Origin: Isosphaeraceae bacterium
GTDB lineage: Bacteria > Planctomycetota > Planctomycetia > Isosphaerales > Isosphaeraceae
DNA length: 64,000 nucleotides
Direction: 5' to 3'
Assembly (NCBI GenBank): GCA_965201075.1
Contig: CBDAVP010000004.1
Span: 186,001 to 250,000 of the forward strand
A program made the translations under genes and the position numbers. Below are positions 49,309 to 58,435 of this stretch, piece after piece; the first letter of the stretch is position 1; each line of letters begins with the position of its first letter. The notes below the pieces were generated by a model that saw only the letters and a list, made by a program, of their open reading frames with translations, did no database searches and was not told where the DNA came from.

Positions 49309-49788
49309 ATGTCGTGGTTCATCTGGATGGGCTTGCTCCCGGCATGCCTGGTGGCCGCCGCCGGCCTGATCCGCCGGCCGGTGCGGATGGTCTGGGAAGA
49401 GGTCCACGTCGACCGGGCCCGCGAATCCTTCCGCCGACGCCGCGAATGGCTGGAGGCCCGGTTCGTCAGCGCCGTGTTGAGGGCCGACGAGGAGGAAGGC
49501 CGCCGCTGGGAGGACGCCCGCTGGCAAGACGAGGTCTCCTGGGCCCGAGACCGTCAAACCCGTCGGTTCCTGGCCTTGGTGGGCGTCCATTTCGACCCCC
49601 GCCTCCGCGACGACGAGCCGCTGAACCGCCACGCCACGGCGGTCTTCGAGTTCCACAAAGGGCGTTGGCTGGCCGAGGGGAAGCGGTTCGACCAGGTCGC
49701 CCCGGCCGAGGCCCTCCGCCGAGTCACCCGCTTCGAGCCAGTCGCCCTCCCCCCCCCCGCCCCCCGACGCGCCGAGCCCCGGCCTTGA
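49309..49788 (+). CDS. Hypothetical membrane-anchored protein
   Basis: N-terminal TM; F..RREWLEARF, ARDR....LALV, ATAVF.F..G.W; host-like codon usage. Confidence 0.75.
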   Translation: MSWFIWMGLLPACLVAAAGLIRRPVRMVWEEVHVDRARESFRRRREWLEARFVSAVLRADEEEGRRWEDARWQDEVSWARDRQTRRFLALVGVHFDPRLRDDEPLNRHATAVFEFHKGRWLAEGKRFDQVAPAEALRRVTRFEPVALPPPAPRRAEPRP

Positions 49789-49886
49789 CCAATGCTGTTC
49801 GGGCATATGGTTTCGAGACTCGAACGCTGGCAAGGAAACGCTGCGACCTGTTTCGAGGTTCGGACCGTCAAAGGAGAAGCTGCACC

Positions 49887-50105
49887 ATGACGACTCTGCT
49901 GGAGCAAGCGTTCGCCGAAGCGGCCAAGCGGTCGGCCGCCGAGCAGGACATCCTCGCGTCCAGGCTCCTCGCGGAGCTGGAAACCGAGAACGACTTCGAC
50001 CGGGCCATCGCCGGCTCCCCGGAAGTCCTCACGCGGCTGGCGATGGACGCCCTCGACGAGCACCGCGCCGGCCTGAGCCAGCCGTTGGACCCGGACGGGC
50101 TATGA
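49887..50105 (+). CDS. Type II antitoxin-like protein
   Basis: AAGGAG SD; LLEQAF......EQD..A..LL.ELE.E..FD...L..LA..AL.EH.AG; ATGA overlap with the toxin. Confidence 0.8.
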   Translation: MTTLLEQAFAEAAKRSAAEQDILASRLLAELETENDFDRAIAGSPEVLTRLAMDALDEHRAGLSQPLDPDGL

Positions 50106-50371
50106 ACTCGCGAACCACTCGTCGTTTCCGAGAGATGTTCGCCGTCCTCCCCTCGCACGTCCAGCGTTAGGCCCGGCAAGCATACCGCTTATTCTTACGC
50201 GACCCATCTCATCCCAGCCTTCACTTCAAACAAGTCCACCCCGACCCGCCGCTGTATTCGGCACGGGTCGGCATCAGTTACCGGGCGATCGGCGTCCGCG
50301 ACGGCGACACGATCGTGTGGTACTGGATTGAGTCGCACTCGGCCTATGACAAACTCTTGTCGGAAGAGTGA
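50102..50371 (+). pseudogene. RelE/ParE-like toxin with an in-frame TAG (50168-50170); missing from the ORF track
   Basis: MNSRTTRRFREMFAVLPSHVQR*ARQAYRLF..DPSHPSLHFKQV...YSARVGISYRAIG...VWYWIESHSAYDKLL. Confidence 0.85.
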
Positions 50372-50462
50372 ACTGTCGGTACGGTTACCAGAAAATCTTC
50401 AAGTTTATCGAATGAGCAGGCGTCGACCAGATCGAATTTGATGGGCAAGCGAGGCAAAAGCA

Positions 50463-50945
50463 ATGCGTGTATCGGTTTGTATCCCTGTAGCTCTTATACT
50501 GATCATCAGCAGCGGGTCGAAGGCCGACGAGAAGAAGCAGTTCGATATCGATAAACACGCGTTTCAGCGTGCTCAGAAAGCCTCTCGCGCCAAAAGTTTG
50601 GACGCCGCGATCACAATCCTTGAATTGATCGACTTGGACCAGGTTGAGGACGAGGAAGTCATCGAGCACGTAGATTTCTCGCTTCGATGCGCGGAAACCG
50701 CTGATGCGATCGGTATAGACCGAATGGCGAATCCCGAATCTCCCAAAGACGTTATTCTCAGTATTGACTGGGGTCAATTGGTAGCAACATTGACTCAAAA
50801 GGCCATCGACGAAGGGCCCGGAAAAATCGCAAAACTCCTTGCTGATGCTCGCAAGATCCAAAAGCAACTTCCACGTTACAGCGAGTTGGACCGTGAACGA
50901 AATAGCCGTTACGGCAGCGATCACGAAAAAGAATGTCGTTCCTGA
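50463..50945 (+). CDS. Hypothetical exported protein, low GC
   Basis: Signal-peptide-like N-terminus; 160-aa ORF. Confidence 0.6.
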   Translation: MRVSVCIPVALILIISSGSKADEKKQFDIDKHAFQRAQKASRAKSLDAAITILELIDLDQVEDEEVIEHVDFSLRCAETADAIGIDRMANPESPKDVILSIDWGQLVATLTQKAIDEGPGKIAKLLADARKIQKQLPRYSELDRERNSRYGSDHEKECRS

Positions 50946-50984
50946 TACAACTCGCTTTCACTGAACTTTGATCCGTTCCAGCGG

Positions 50985-51042
50985 GTAGGGTGGGGTGCAA
51001 CCCCACCTCTTCGGATTGTGGTGGGGTTGCACCCCACCCTAC
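50985..51042. repeat. GTAG-type REP doublet (REPIN-like)
   Basis: GTAGGGTGGGGTGCAACCCCACC (50985-51007) and its perfect reverse complement (51020-51042), 12-nt spacer. Confidence 0.85.
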
Positions 51043-51113
51043 TTCAAACAAACCTATCTCTCCGCTCGAAGAAATCGGCTCTATCGGCGAATGCTTCGGC
51101 GAGGATTCTAATC

Positions 51114-51332
51114 ATGCAAATCGGGTCGTGGTTGGTCCTAGCGATCGTCGCCTTGTTCGTCCTCGTCCCCTGCGAATTCAGCGTCCTCTGCGCCTGCGCT
51201 GTGCTCTGCCCAAGGATGATCTGGTTCCTCTCCGAAGGGTGGAGATTCCGAGGGGCCGAGCCCACCGGGTGCGCCTTGGTGGCGACGCGGGTGGGTGGCC
51301 TCGTCCTCCTCGCGATGGGGCCGCCGTGCTGA
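51114..51332 (+). CDS. Small membrane protein, DUF6199-like (may be truncated)
   Basis: P..IW.LSEGWRFRGAEPT..AL...RVGG. Confidence 0.55.
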   Translation: MQIGSWLVLAIVALFVLVPCEFSVLCACAVLCPRMIWFLSEGWRFRGAEPTGCALVATRVGGLVLLAMGPPC

Positions 51333-51495
51333 CGGTTGTCCTCGGGTTGGGCGGCCGGCTTCAGCTTCTCAAGGCCGTCCCTCCGAGGGAGAATCGACCG
51401 TTCTCAGAAGCCATTGATCCCCGGCCCAACGCAGGTCCGGGGCGTTGAGGCCAGCGGAGCGGGTCGCTCCAGGTTCCACGAAAGGCGCGAACACC

Positions 51496-51900
51496 ATGCG
51501 GATGATGATGTCGGTCCTGATCGTCGGCGGAGCACTCCACTTTGGGATGGCCCGTGCGCAGGAAATCACCCTGGAATCGGCACCTCCGGTCGTCGTCAAA
51601 ACCGTCCCCGAGGCAGGCTCCGGTGAGGTCGATCCGAAGACGAACGAGGTCCGTGTCACCTTCAGCAAGGCGATGCAGGACAAAAGCTGGTCGTGGTCCA
51701 CGGCCAGCAAGGAAAGCTATCCCGAAACGGCGGGCGATCCGAAATATGCCGAGGACCAGCGCACCTGCGTCCTGCCGGTCAAGCTGCGACCGGGGAAGAC
51801 CTACGCCATCTGGCTCAACAGCCCGAAATTCCGCAACTTCAAGGCCGCCTCGGGCGAGTCGGCCGTCCCCTACCTGCTCGTCTTCAAGACGAAAGAGTGA
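51496..51900 (+). CDS. Exported Ig-like (Big_5-type) domain protein
   Basis: Signal peptide; PPVVVKTVPEAG...VDP....VTFSKAM...L.PGKTY.IWLN...F.T. Confidence 0.8.
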   Translation: MRMMMSVLIVGGALHFGMARAQEITLESAPPVVVKTVPEAGSGEVDPKTNEVRVTFSKAMQDKSWSWSTASKESYPETAGDPKYAEDQRTCVLPVKLRPGKTYAIWLNSPKFRNFKAASGESAVPYLLVFKTKE

Positions 51901-51915
51901 ACCGGCGCCTCAAGG

Positions 51916-52349
51916 CGGCTCGCCCAGCGTCCAGGGCTGGCCGAAGTGCTCCTCGAAGGCGACGCGGGACCGTGGCAGCGGCCTCCGCGGTGATCCAAAC
52001 CTTTTGCGCGACGGCGCTTTCGGCTCCGAACCGGATGCCCCCCTTGCCCTCCCCGGGCGTGCCACGATAGGCTGCGACATCATGCGTGTCGAAACCTTGC
52101 AGTCGGCCGTGGTCCAACTCCCCGCCGAGGAATTGGACCGATTCTCGCTCTGGTTCGAGGAGTTCCTGGCCGACCAATGAGACCGTCGGATCGAGGCCGA
52201 CATCCTGGCCGGTCGCCTGGAGGACGTTGGACGACGAGCCGACGACGACTTTGACGCCGGCCACTGCACGCCCCTGCCGCCTTGAACCACGCGGCCCGCG
52301 TCAACCCGGCTCGCCCAGCGTCCAGGGCTGGCCGAAGTGCTCCTCGAAG
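51916..52349. repeat. 43-bp perfect direct repeat duplicating the nitroreductase 3' end
   Basis: cggctcgcccagcgtccagggctggccgaagtgctcctcgaag at 51916-51958 and 52307-52349. Confidence 0.9.
52082..52285 (+). pseudogene. Antitoxin-like gene with an in-frame TGA (52178-52180), no toxin partner
   Basis: MRVETLQSAVVQLPAEELDRFSLWFEEFLADQ*DRRIEADILAGRL...FDAGHCTPL. Confidence 0.75.
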
Positions 52350-52951
52350 CCGATGCGGGCCAATGGCAGCAAGGCCGGCGAGGGTCGTGGGTCCACCTCG
52401 TCCGCGTAACCCAGGGGGATCAGCAGGCACGCCGTATGGTCGTTGGGAATTCCGAACGTCCGGGCCAGTCGGCCGGGGTTGAAGGTGTCGATCGGCGACG
52501 AGGCGACCCCCAAGGCCTCGGCGGCGATCATCAACGTCGAGGCGGCGGCCATCGCCCAGCGAGTCGACCAGGCGGCGGGGCCTTCGCCGGATTCCACGAA
52601 CCGCGGGGCCCGGGCCTTGATCTCAGCGGCCTCGGCGGAGGTCCAGGCGCCTTGGGCCACGGCGTCGTTGGCCACCGTGTTCAGGTCGATGCGGTGCGGG
52701 TGGTGGTAGGCCAGGACGATCACCACGACCGGGGCGTCGGTCAGGCGAGGGTCTCCTCCGGCGCAGGCTCGCAGACGGCGGCGGTTGCGGGGGTCTCTCA
52801 CCACGACGAACCGCCAGGGTTGCAGGTGGAAGGTCGAGGCGGTGCGCCTCGCCTGGTCCAGAAGGCGGACCAGCAACGCATCGTCCAGGGGACGGGTGGG
52901 GTCGAATCGTCGGGCGGGCCGGGGGATGGTCGGGGCGTGGGGGGCGATCAT
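52301..52951 (-). CDS. Nitroreductase family protein
   Basis: RPARRF, TASTFHLQPWRFVVV, LMIAAEALG, LGYA. Confidence 0.85.
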   Translation of the reverse strand: MIAPHAPTIPRPARRFDPTRPLDDALLVRLLDQARRTASTFHLQPWRFVVVRDPRNRRRLRACAGGDPRLTDAPVVVIVLAYHHPHRIDLNTVANDAVAQGAWTSAEAAEIKARAPRFVESGEGPAAWSTRWAMAAASTLMIAAEALGVASSPIDTFNPGRLARTFGIPNDHTACLLIPLGYADEVDPRPSPALLPLARIGFEEHFGQPWTLGEPG

Positions 52952-53128
52952 CTTGGGGGACTCCCAGTTTGGGGGCGAGTCTGGCCGAGGATTGGCGGAC
53001 GAGGCAAGGGGTTTTGCCGTTGCGGCCCCTGGCGGGTCGGCCCGTCTTGGTTTAGAGTCGCCCAGGTTGGCGGGGCCGGGCCCCGGCACCCCTTTCCTCT
53101 CCTCTCGTCGAAGGATGGACCACCACCG

Positions 53129-53740
53129 ATGATGCCCGCACGCACCTGGGCCGCCCTCGCCCTGGCCCTCGGTTCCCTCGCCCTGCCGGCCTCCGCCGCC
53201 GACTGGGTCCAACTGTTCAACGGCAAGGACCTCGACGGCTGGGTCGCCTACGACGGCAAGGGGATGCAGGACACCTCCTCCCGCGACCGCAACTGGAAGG
53301 TCGAGGACGGCGCGATCCACGGCAGCGGCCCGGTCTCTCACCTGTTCACCCCCCGGTCGGACTACAAGAACTTCAAGTACCGCGTCGAGGCCAAGATCGC
53401 CGACGGCGCCAACTCGGGCCAGTACTTCCGCACGGCCAAGGGCCCTGGCTTCCCCCAGGGTTATGAGGCCCAGATCAACAGCTCGCACACCGACCCGGTC
53501 CGCACCGGCTCCCTTTACAACCACGTCAAGGTCTTCGAGCAACTGGTCAAGCCCGACACCTGGTTCACCCAGGAGGTCGAGGCCGATGGCGACCACATTG
53601 TCATCAAGGTCAACGGCAAGGTGACCGCCGACACCCACGACAAGAAGTTCGCCGAGGGCGCCTTCGCCTTTCAGCAGCACGACCCCAACAGCCAGGTCTG
53701 GATTCGCAAGGTCGAGGTGATGGAACTGCCCGCCAAGTGA
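53129..53740 (+). CDS. DUF1080 (3-keto-disaccharide hydrolase family), exported
   Basis: LFNGKDLDGW, WKVEDG, NSG, YEAQI, TGSLY, FQQH. Confidence 0.92.
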   Translation: MMPARTWAALALALGSLALPASAADWVQLFNGKDLDGWVAYDGKGMQDTSSRDRNWKVEDGAIHGSGPVSHLFTPRSDYKNFKYRVEAKIADGANSGQYFRTAKGPGFPQGYEAQINSSHTDPVRTGSLYNHVKVFEQLVKPDTWFTQEVEADGDHIVIKVNGKVTADTHDKKFAEGAFAFQQHDPNSQVWIRKVEVMELPAK

Positions 53741-53889
53741 GAGTCCGTGTCAGTGTCAGTGTCAGTGAAGATCCCGCCCCGTCTCCCTCCTGATCACGCC
53801 GCCGGGCCCCGCGGGGGTCGCCCGGCGGCGTCGCCTCGCCTGCCAGGGCCGACCGACGACGCCCGGCCCCCGCGAGGAGTTCGCCACGC

Positions 53890-55413
53890 ATGTCGAAGGC
53901 CAGTGGACTGTTCTCACGGAAACCCCTCGCCCTTCTGCTCGAAGAGGAGCAAAACGGGGAGGGCCGCCTCCGACGAGTTCTTGGCCCCGTCGGGCTAACC
54001 AGCCTGGGCGTCGGCGGGATCATCGGCACCGGGATCTTCGTGCTGATCGGCAAGGCCGCCCACGATCAGGCCGGCCCGGCCTTGATGCTCTCGTTCGTCG
54101 CCGCCGGCATCGCCTGCATCTTCGCGGCGCTTTGCTACGCCGAGTTCGCCGCGATGGTCCCGGTGGCCGGTTCGGCCTACACCTATGCCTATGCGACCCT
54201 GGGAGAGTTGTTCGCCTGGATTATCGGTTGGGACCTCGTCCTGGAATACGCCGTGGCGTCGTCGACTGTCGCCTCGGGTTGGTCGCACTACTTCCAAAAT
54301 TTGATCGGCATCTTCGGGCTCAAGGTCCCCGAGGCGCTCAGCGGACCGCCCATCGCTTACGAAACGGTCAAAACCGCCGCCGGCACGTCCACCAGCCATT
54401 TCGTCACCACCGGCCACCTGTTTGACCTGCCCGCGGTGGCGATCAGCTTGATTTTGACGGTGATCCTGGTGGTGGGTATCCGCGAGAGTTCGCGGGTCAA
54501 CGCCTTGATGGTACTGGTGAAACTGGCCGTGGTGGCGTTCGTGATCATTGTGGGGGCGACTCTGATCGACCCGGCCAACTGGCACCCGTTCGCCCCGTAT
54601 GGGTACAGCGGAATCAGCTTTTTCGGACAGGGGGGCGGGGACACCCCCCGCGGGGTCCTGGCCGGCGCCGCGGGGATCTTTTTCGCCTACATCGGGTTTG
54701 ACTCGGTCTCGGCCCACTCCGAGGAAGCCCGCAACCCCCGCCGCGACGTGCCTATTGGCATTCTCGTGTCACTGGTGCTGTGCACCTTGCTTTACGTCGC
54801 GGTGGCGGCGGTGCTGACCGGCATGGTCCGTTACGACCAGATCGACATCGGCGCTCCCGTGGCGGCGGCCTTCCAGAGCAAGGGGCGTCCGATGGCGCAG
54901 TTGCTGATCGCCATCGGGGCGTTGACGGGGATTACCTCGGTGCAACTGGTCATGATGCTCAGTCAGCCGCGGGTTTTCCTGGCGATGGCCCGCGATGGTC
55001 TGCTGCCCGAGAGTTTCTTCGGCGCCATCCACCCGAAATTCCGCACGCCCTGGAAATCAACGATCCTGACCGGAACGGTCGTGGCGGCGATGGCCGCGGT
55101 CCTGCCCCTGGACGTGCTGGCCGAACTGGTCAACATCGGCACCTTGATGGCCTTCACCATTGTCTGCGCCGGGGTCCTGGTGATGAGGCGGACCAACCCC
55201 GAGGCCGAACGCCCCTTCCGCGTCCCGTTCGTGCCGGTCATCCCACTCTTGGGAATCGTGACCTGCCTGATCCTGATGTTCTCGCTGCCGCCAGAGAACT
55301 GGGTCCGGCTGTTCGTCTGGCTGTTACTGGGGTTCATCATCTACTTCGCTTACGGACGTCGCCGCAGCGTGCTGGCCCACTCGAGGGCGAACCGTCCGGG
55401 CTCGGCCGGCTGA
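53890..55413 (+). CDS. APC-family amino acid permease
   Basis: IIGTGIFVL, CYAEFA..VP.AGSAYTY, FAYIGFD, MARDGLLP, RPFRVP. Confidence 0.95.
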   Translation: MSKASGLFSRKPLALLLEEEQNGEGRLRRVLGPVGLTSLGVGGIIGTGIFVLIGKAAHDQAGPALMLSFVAAGIACIFAALCYAEFAAMVPVAGSAYTYAYATLGELFAWIIGWDLVLEYAVASSTVASGWSHYFQNLIGIFGLKVPEALSGPPIAYETVKTAAGTSTSHFVTTGHLFDLPAVAISLILTVILVVGIRESSRVNALMVLVKLAVVAFVIIVGATLIDPANWHPFAPYGYSGISFFGQGGGDTPRGVLAGAAGIFFAYIGFDSVSAHSEEARNPRRDVPIGILVSLVLCTLLYVAVAAVLTGMVRYDQIDIGAPVAAAFQSKGRPMAQLLIAIGALTGITSVQLVMMLSQPRVFLAMARDGLLPESFFGAIHPKFRTPWKSTILTGTVVAAMAAVLPLDVLAELVNIGTLMAFTIVCAGVLVMRRTNPEAERPFRVPFVPVIPLLGIVTCLILMFSLPPENWVRLFVWLLLGFIIYFAYGRRRSVLAHSRANRPGSAG

Positions 55414-55548
55414 GACGGGCGGGGGGACTGGGCCCGAGGGTGGGCATGGATCGACAATGAGACCGACCCGAACTAGCTCGATCGCTGGCAGGGTCATGAC
55501 CTGGCCCCAACGGTGGTCAAGCTTGATGTCGATCGGACGGTTTCGAGG

Positions 55549-55794
55549 TCAAGACGTGCCCGCCGCGTGGCCTGCCCGGCGATCCCCATTGAGAGAGTCA
55601 CGCAACGCCGCATTCACCGCCGCCTCGTCCGAAAACGCTCCCGAGACGTCCGCCGCGAGGCGGACCACTCGCAGGCGTTCCCGCGAGCGGGCGGCGTATT
55701 TGCCACGGACCACCCCTCGCAACGAGCGGAGGTCGTACTCCGGTTGCAATTCATCAGAGGCAACCCGGTCATCAGGGGAATTCGGCATTTTCAT
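55549..55794 (-). CDS. Small antitoxin-like protein (BrnT-partner type)
   Basis: DELQPEYDL....VRGKYA.R......L..DV..AF.DE.AVN.ALR. Confidence 0.7.
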   Translation of the reverse strand: MKMPNSPDDRVASDELQPEYDLRSLRGVVRGKYAARSRERLRVVRLAADVSGAFSDEAAVNAALRDSLNGDRRAGHAAGTS

Positions 55795-55860
55795 AGTCCC
55801 TTCGCTCGCGCCGGGTCGACTCCCAGACGCTAACGCCGACAGACTCGGCCGCCGAAGTCC
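55772..55860 (-). pseudogene. 3' remnant of a BrnT-like toxin
   Basis: VSVWESTRRERRDYENAEFP* overlapping the antitoxin start (cf. BrnT ISAR.AT..ER..YE). Confidence 0.45.
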
Positions 55861-55927
55861 AGATCGGCCACGTTGCGAGGAAGAGGGAACAACGTAGAGG
55901 CCAACGCCGCCCTAGTCTCTGAGAGAT

Positions 55928-58051
55928 TCATGCCCCGACTGACTCGCCGACGCCCAAGGGTTCCACCACCCCCTCCCGCCCGGCCGAGACCCACCGACGG
56001 GCCGCCGTCACGACAATCAGCGCCACGCAGCCCAGCAAGGCGACGGTCAGCCCGATGTTCAGCCATCCCTTGAGCATCGTGTCCGTCGCCCGGGTCCAGT
56101 TCCAGTACGTCCCCAAGATCTCGCGGACCCCGGCCGTTCCGGTCGTCGTCGCCACCACCAGCATCGGCAGGGCCGTGACAAAGGCGTATTTCCCCTTTCC
56201 GCCGCCGACCAGAACCGTCGTGGCCACCGCCAGGGCGATCACCGACAGCAACTGATTCGCCATGCCAAACATCGGCCAGATCGTCGCCACGGTGCCGGTG
56301 GACAGGAAATACCCCCAGCCCAGCACCACCAGCCCCGTGGACAGGGCCGCCGCTGGCCACCAGTCGAGGTCCCCCAGCGGCTTCCAGAGCTTGCCCAGCA
56401 TCTCCTGCACCAGGAACCGGCCAATGCGGGTGCCGGTGTCAATCGTCGTCAGGATGAACAGGGCTTCAAACATGATGGCGAAGTGATACCAGTAACTGAC
56501 CAAGCGTGAAGTTCCGGGAACCGCCTGGGTGAAGATGCGGGCCATCCCCACCGCCAACGTCACGGCGCCCCCGGTGCGGCCCTGGAGCGACTCGCCCACC
56601 TGGCGCTCCATCGCCGCCAACTCGTGCCCGTGGCCGCCGTCGAGGTCCACGTCCAGCGCCGCCAGCGACTTCGCCATCGCCGGTCGGCGGGCAAATTCGA
56701 CGTTGATGTCGTAATACATGGCATTGGGCAGCGCCGCCGCGGCGATCAGGGCCACCACGCCCACCAACCCCTCCATCAGCATCGCCCCGTAGCCAATCGG
56801 CCGGATGTCCGACTCCCGGTCAATCATCTTCGGCGTCGTCCCCGACGAAACCAGGGCATGAAACCCCGAGATCGCCCCGCACATGATGCAAATGAACAGG
56901 TAAGGGAAGATCGGCCCCGGCACGTTCGGCCCGCCGCCACCAGCAAAGGCGTGGTTGATCGCCGGCGCCTCCAGCGTCGGGTTCGCCAGGCAAACCCCCA
57001 CCACCAGCAGGGCCACCGTGCCGATCTTCAAAAAGCTCGACAGGTAGTCTCGGGGGCACAACAGCAGCCAGACCGGCAGCACCGACGCCACGAACCCATA
57101 CCCGGCGATGGCCCAGATGACACCGTTGCGAGACAGCTCGAAGTAGGGGGCCAGCGACGACCCGGGAATCCACGCGCCGGCCACCGTCGCCGCTAGCACC
57201 AGCGACGCCCCGACCACGCTTGCCTCCACCACCTTCCCCTTGCGAAAGCGGTACATGTACCAGCCGACCAGCAGGGCAATGGGGATCGTGCAGGCGATGG
57301 TGAACGTCCCCCAGGAGCTACCCGGCACCTTGCGAATGGCCTTCTCCGGGACCACGATCGCCGTCCGCCCCTCGACGGTGGCCAGGCGAGCGTAGGAGCC
57401 GACGGGAAGGCTCAGGGTGAACGGCTCGCGACCGCCGTCGGCCTCGGGCTCGCGGTCCTCTCGCCAACCCGCGGGGATCGGGTAGGTCGTGCGGTCTCGC
57501 GGCGAGGAGCGATGCTGGACCGTCCCCTCGGCCGGCAGGACGATGCGGGTGCCCGCCTTCATCGGCACCTCGTCGCCCCCCAGCGCCTTGACCACCACGA
57601 TCCCCAGACCCGCCAACGCGATCACGATGATATAAAGGATCGCCAACCCCGTCGCCGTCCCGGCCACCGATCCCAGCTCCTTGCGAGCGATCCCCGCCAG
57701 ACTCATCCCTCCGCGACGGGTCGATGCGGCCAGCACCATCATGTCCTGCACCGCCCCACCCAGACACACGCCGATGACCAGCCATAACAGGCCCGGCAGG
57801 TAGCCAAATTGCAACGCCAGCACCGGGCCAATCAGCGGACCCGCGCCCGAGATCGCCGCGAAGTGGTGGCCGAACAGCACCCAGCGGTTGGTCGGGTGGA
57901 AGTTCTGGCCATCGTCCTGAAGGTGAGCCGGCGTCACCCGGCGATCATCCAGCGCCACGACCTTCGAGGCCAGGAAAGCGCTGTAATACCGATAGGCAAC
58001 CGCCAAGGCGGCCAGGACTGCCAGCATCACCGGCATCGCGCGGACGGTCAT
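55928..58051 (-). CDS. cstA: Carbon starvation protein A family transporter
   Basis: TPAH...DG..F.PT, FGHHFAAISGAGPL.GP, CGAISGFH, FEALFILTT.D.GTR, WPMFG.ANQLL. Confidence 0.93.
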   Translation of the reverse strand: MTVRAMPVMLAVLAALAVAYRYYSAFLASKVVALDDRRVTPAHLQDDGQNFHPTNRWVLFGHHFAAISGAGPLIGPVLALQFGYLPGLLWLVIGVCLGGAVQDMMVLAASTRRGGMSLAGIARKELGSVAGTATGLAILYIIVIALAGLGIVVVKALGGDEVPMKAGTRIVLPAEGTVQHRSSPRDRTTYPIPAGWREDREPEADGGREPFTLSLPVGSYARLATVEGRTAIVVPEKAIRKVPGSSWGTFTIACTIPIALLVGWYMYRFRKGKVVEASVVGASLVLAATVAGAWIPGSSLAPYFELSRNGVIWAIAGYGFVASVLPVWLLLCPRDYLSSFLKIGTVALLVVGVCLANPTLEAPAINHAFAGGGGPNVPGPIFPYLFICIMCGAISGFHALVSSGTTPKMIDRESDIRPIGYGAMLMEGLVGVVALIAAAALPNAMYYDINVEFARRPAMAKSLAALDVDLDGGHGHELAAMERQVGESLQGRTGGAVTLAVGMARIFTQAVPGTSRLVSYWYHFAIMFEALFILTTIDTGTRIGRFLVQEMLGKLWKPLGDLDWWPAAALSTGLVVLGWGYFLSTGTVATIWPMFGMANQLLSVIALAVATTVLVGGGKGKYAFVTALPMLVVATTTGTAGVREILGTYWNWTRATDTMLKGWLNIGLTVALLGCVALIVVTAARRWVSAGREGVVEPLGVGESVGA

Positions 58052-58287
58052 CGTCGCCACCTTCCCACCTGCCCATCGCCCGGCGGAATACCCGTCGGTC
58101 GACTCAACCCGAGACTCCCGCCGATCTTCCCGCGAAGGCCGCGCCCCCGTCAAGCAGCCAAGTCCCCGCGAAGTCTCCTCCGGTCGGGAGCCCGTGCCCC
58201 CAGCCTCCGCTCGAAGAAATGTCCCGCCCTCGTCCGAGGGCCTACAGGCCGTTCTATCGTAGCATGCGAGGAATCATGTCTGACCGC

Positions 58288-58382
58288 TTGATCTTTCTCG
58301 ACGGTTCGATATAGTCGACTCGAAACCCCTACTGACGTCAGAGCTGGATATTCACCAACACAATCAAATTGGTGTATGTCCA
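58288..58382 (+). promoter_or_regulatory. Putative sigma-70 promoter with downstream inverted-repeat operator
   Basis: TTGATC-N16-TATAGT (58288-58315); tggatattcaccaa-N10-ttggtgtatgtcca (58345-58382, 12/14 arm match). Confidence 0.55.
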
Positions 58383-58435
58383 TCATTACCGCGTTGAACT
58401 CCCTCCTCTCCCCTTTTGCGAGGTCGCAAAGTCCC

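Noticed and set aside
41432..52180. Stop-codon reassignment or programmed readthrough (TAG=Gln, TGA=Trp)
   Set aside because: TAG and TGA end many intact genes here (e.g. ppk1 TAG, csrA TGA); the in-frame stops are confined to accessory genes and fit single transitions
53747..53768. (GTCAGT)x3 microsatellite as a regulatory element
   Set aside because: Short simple repeat with no supporting context
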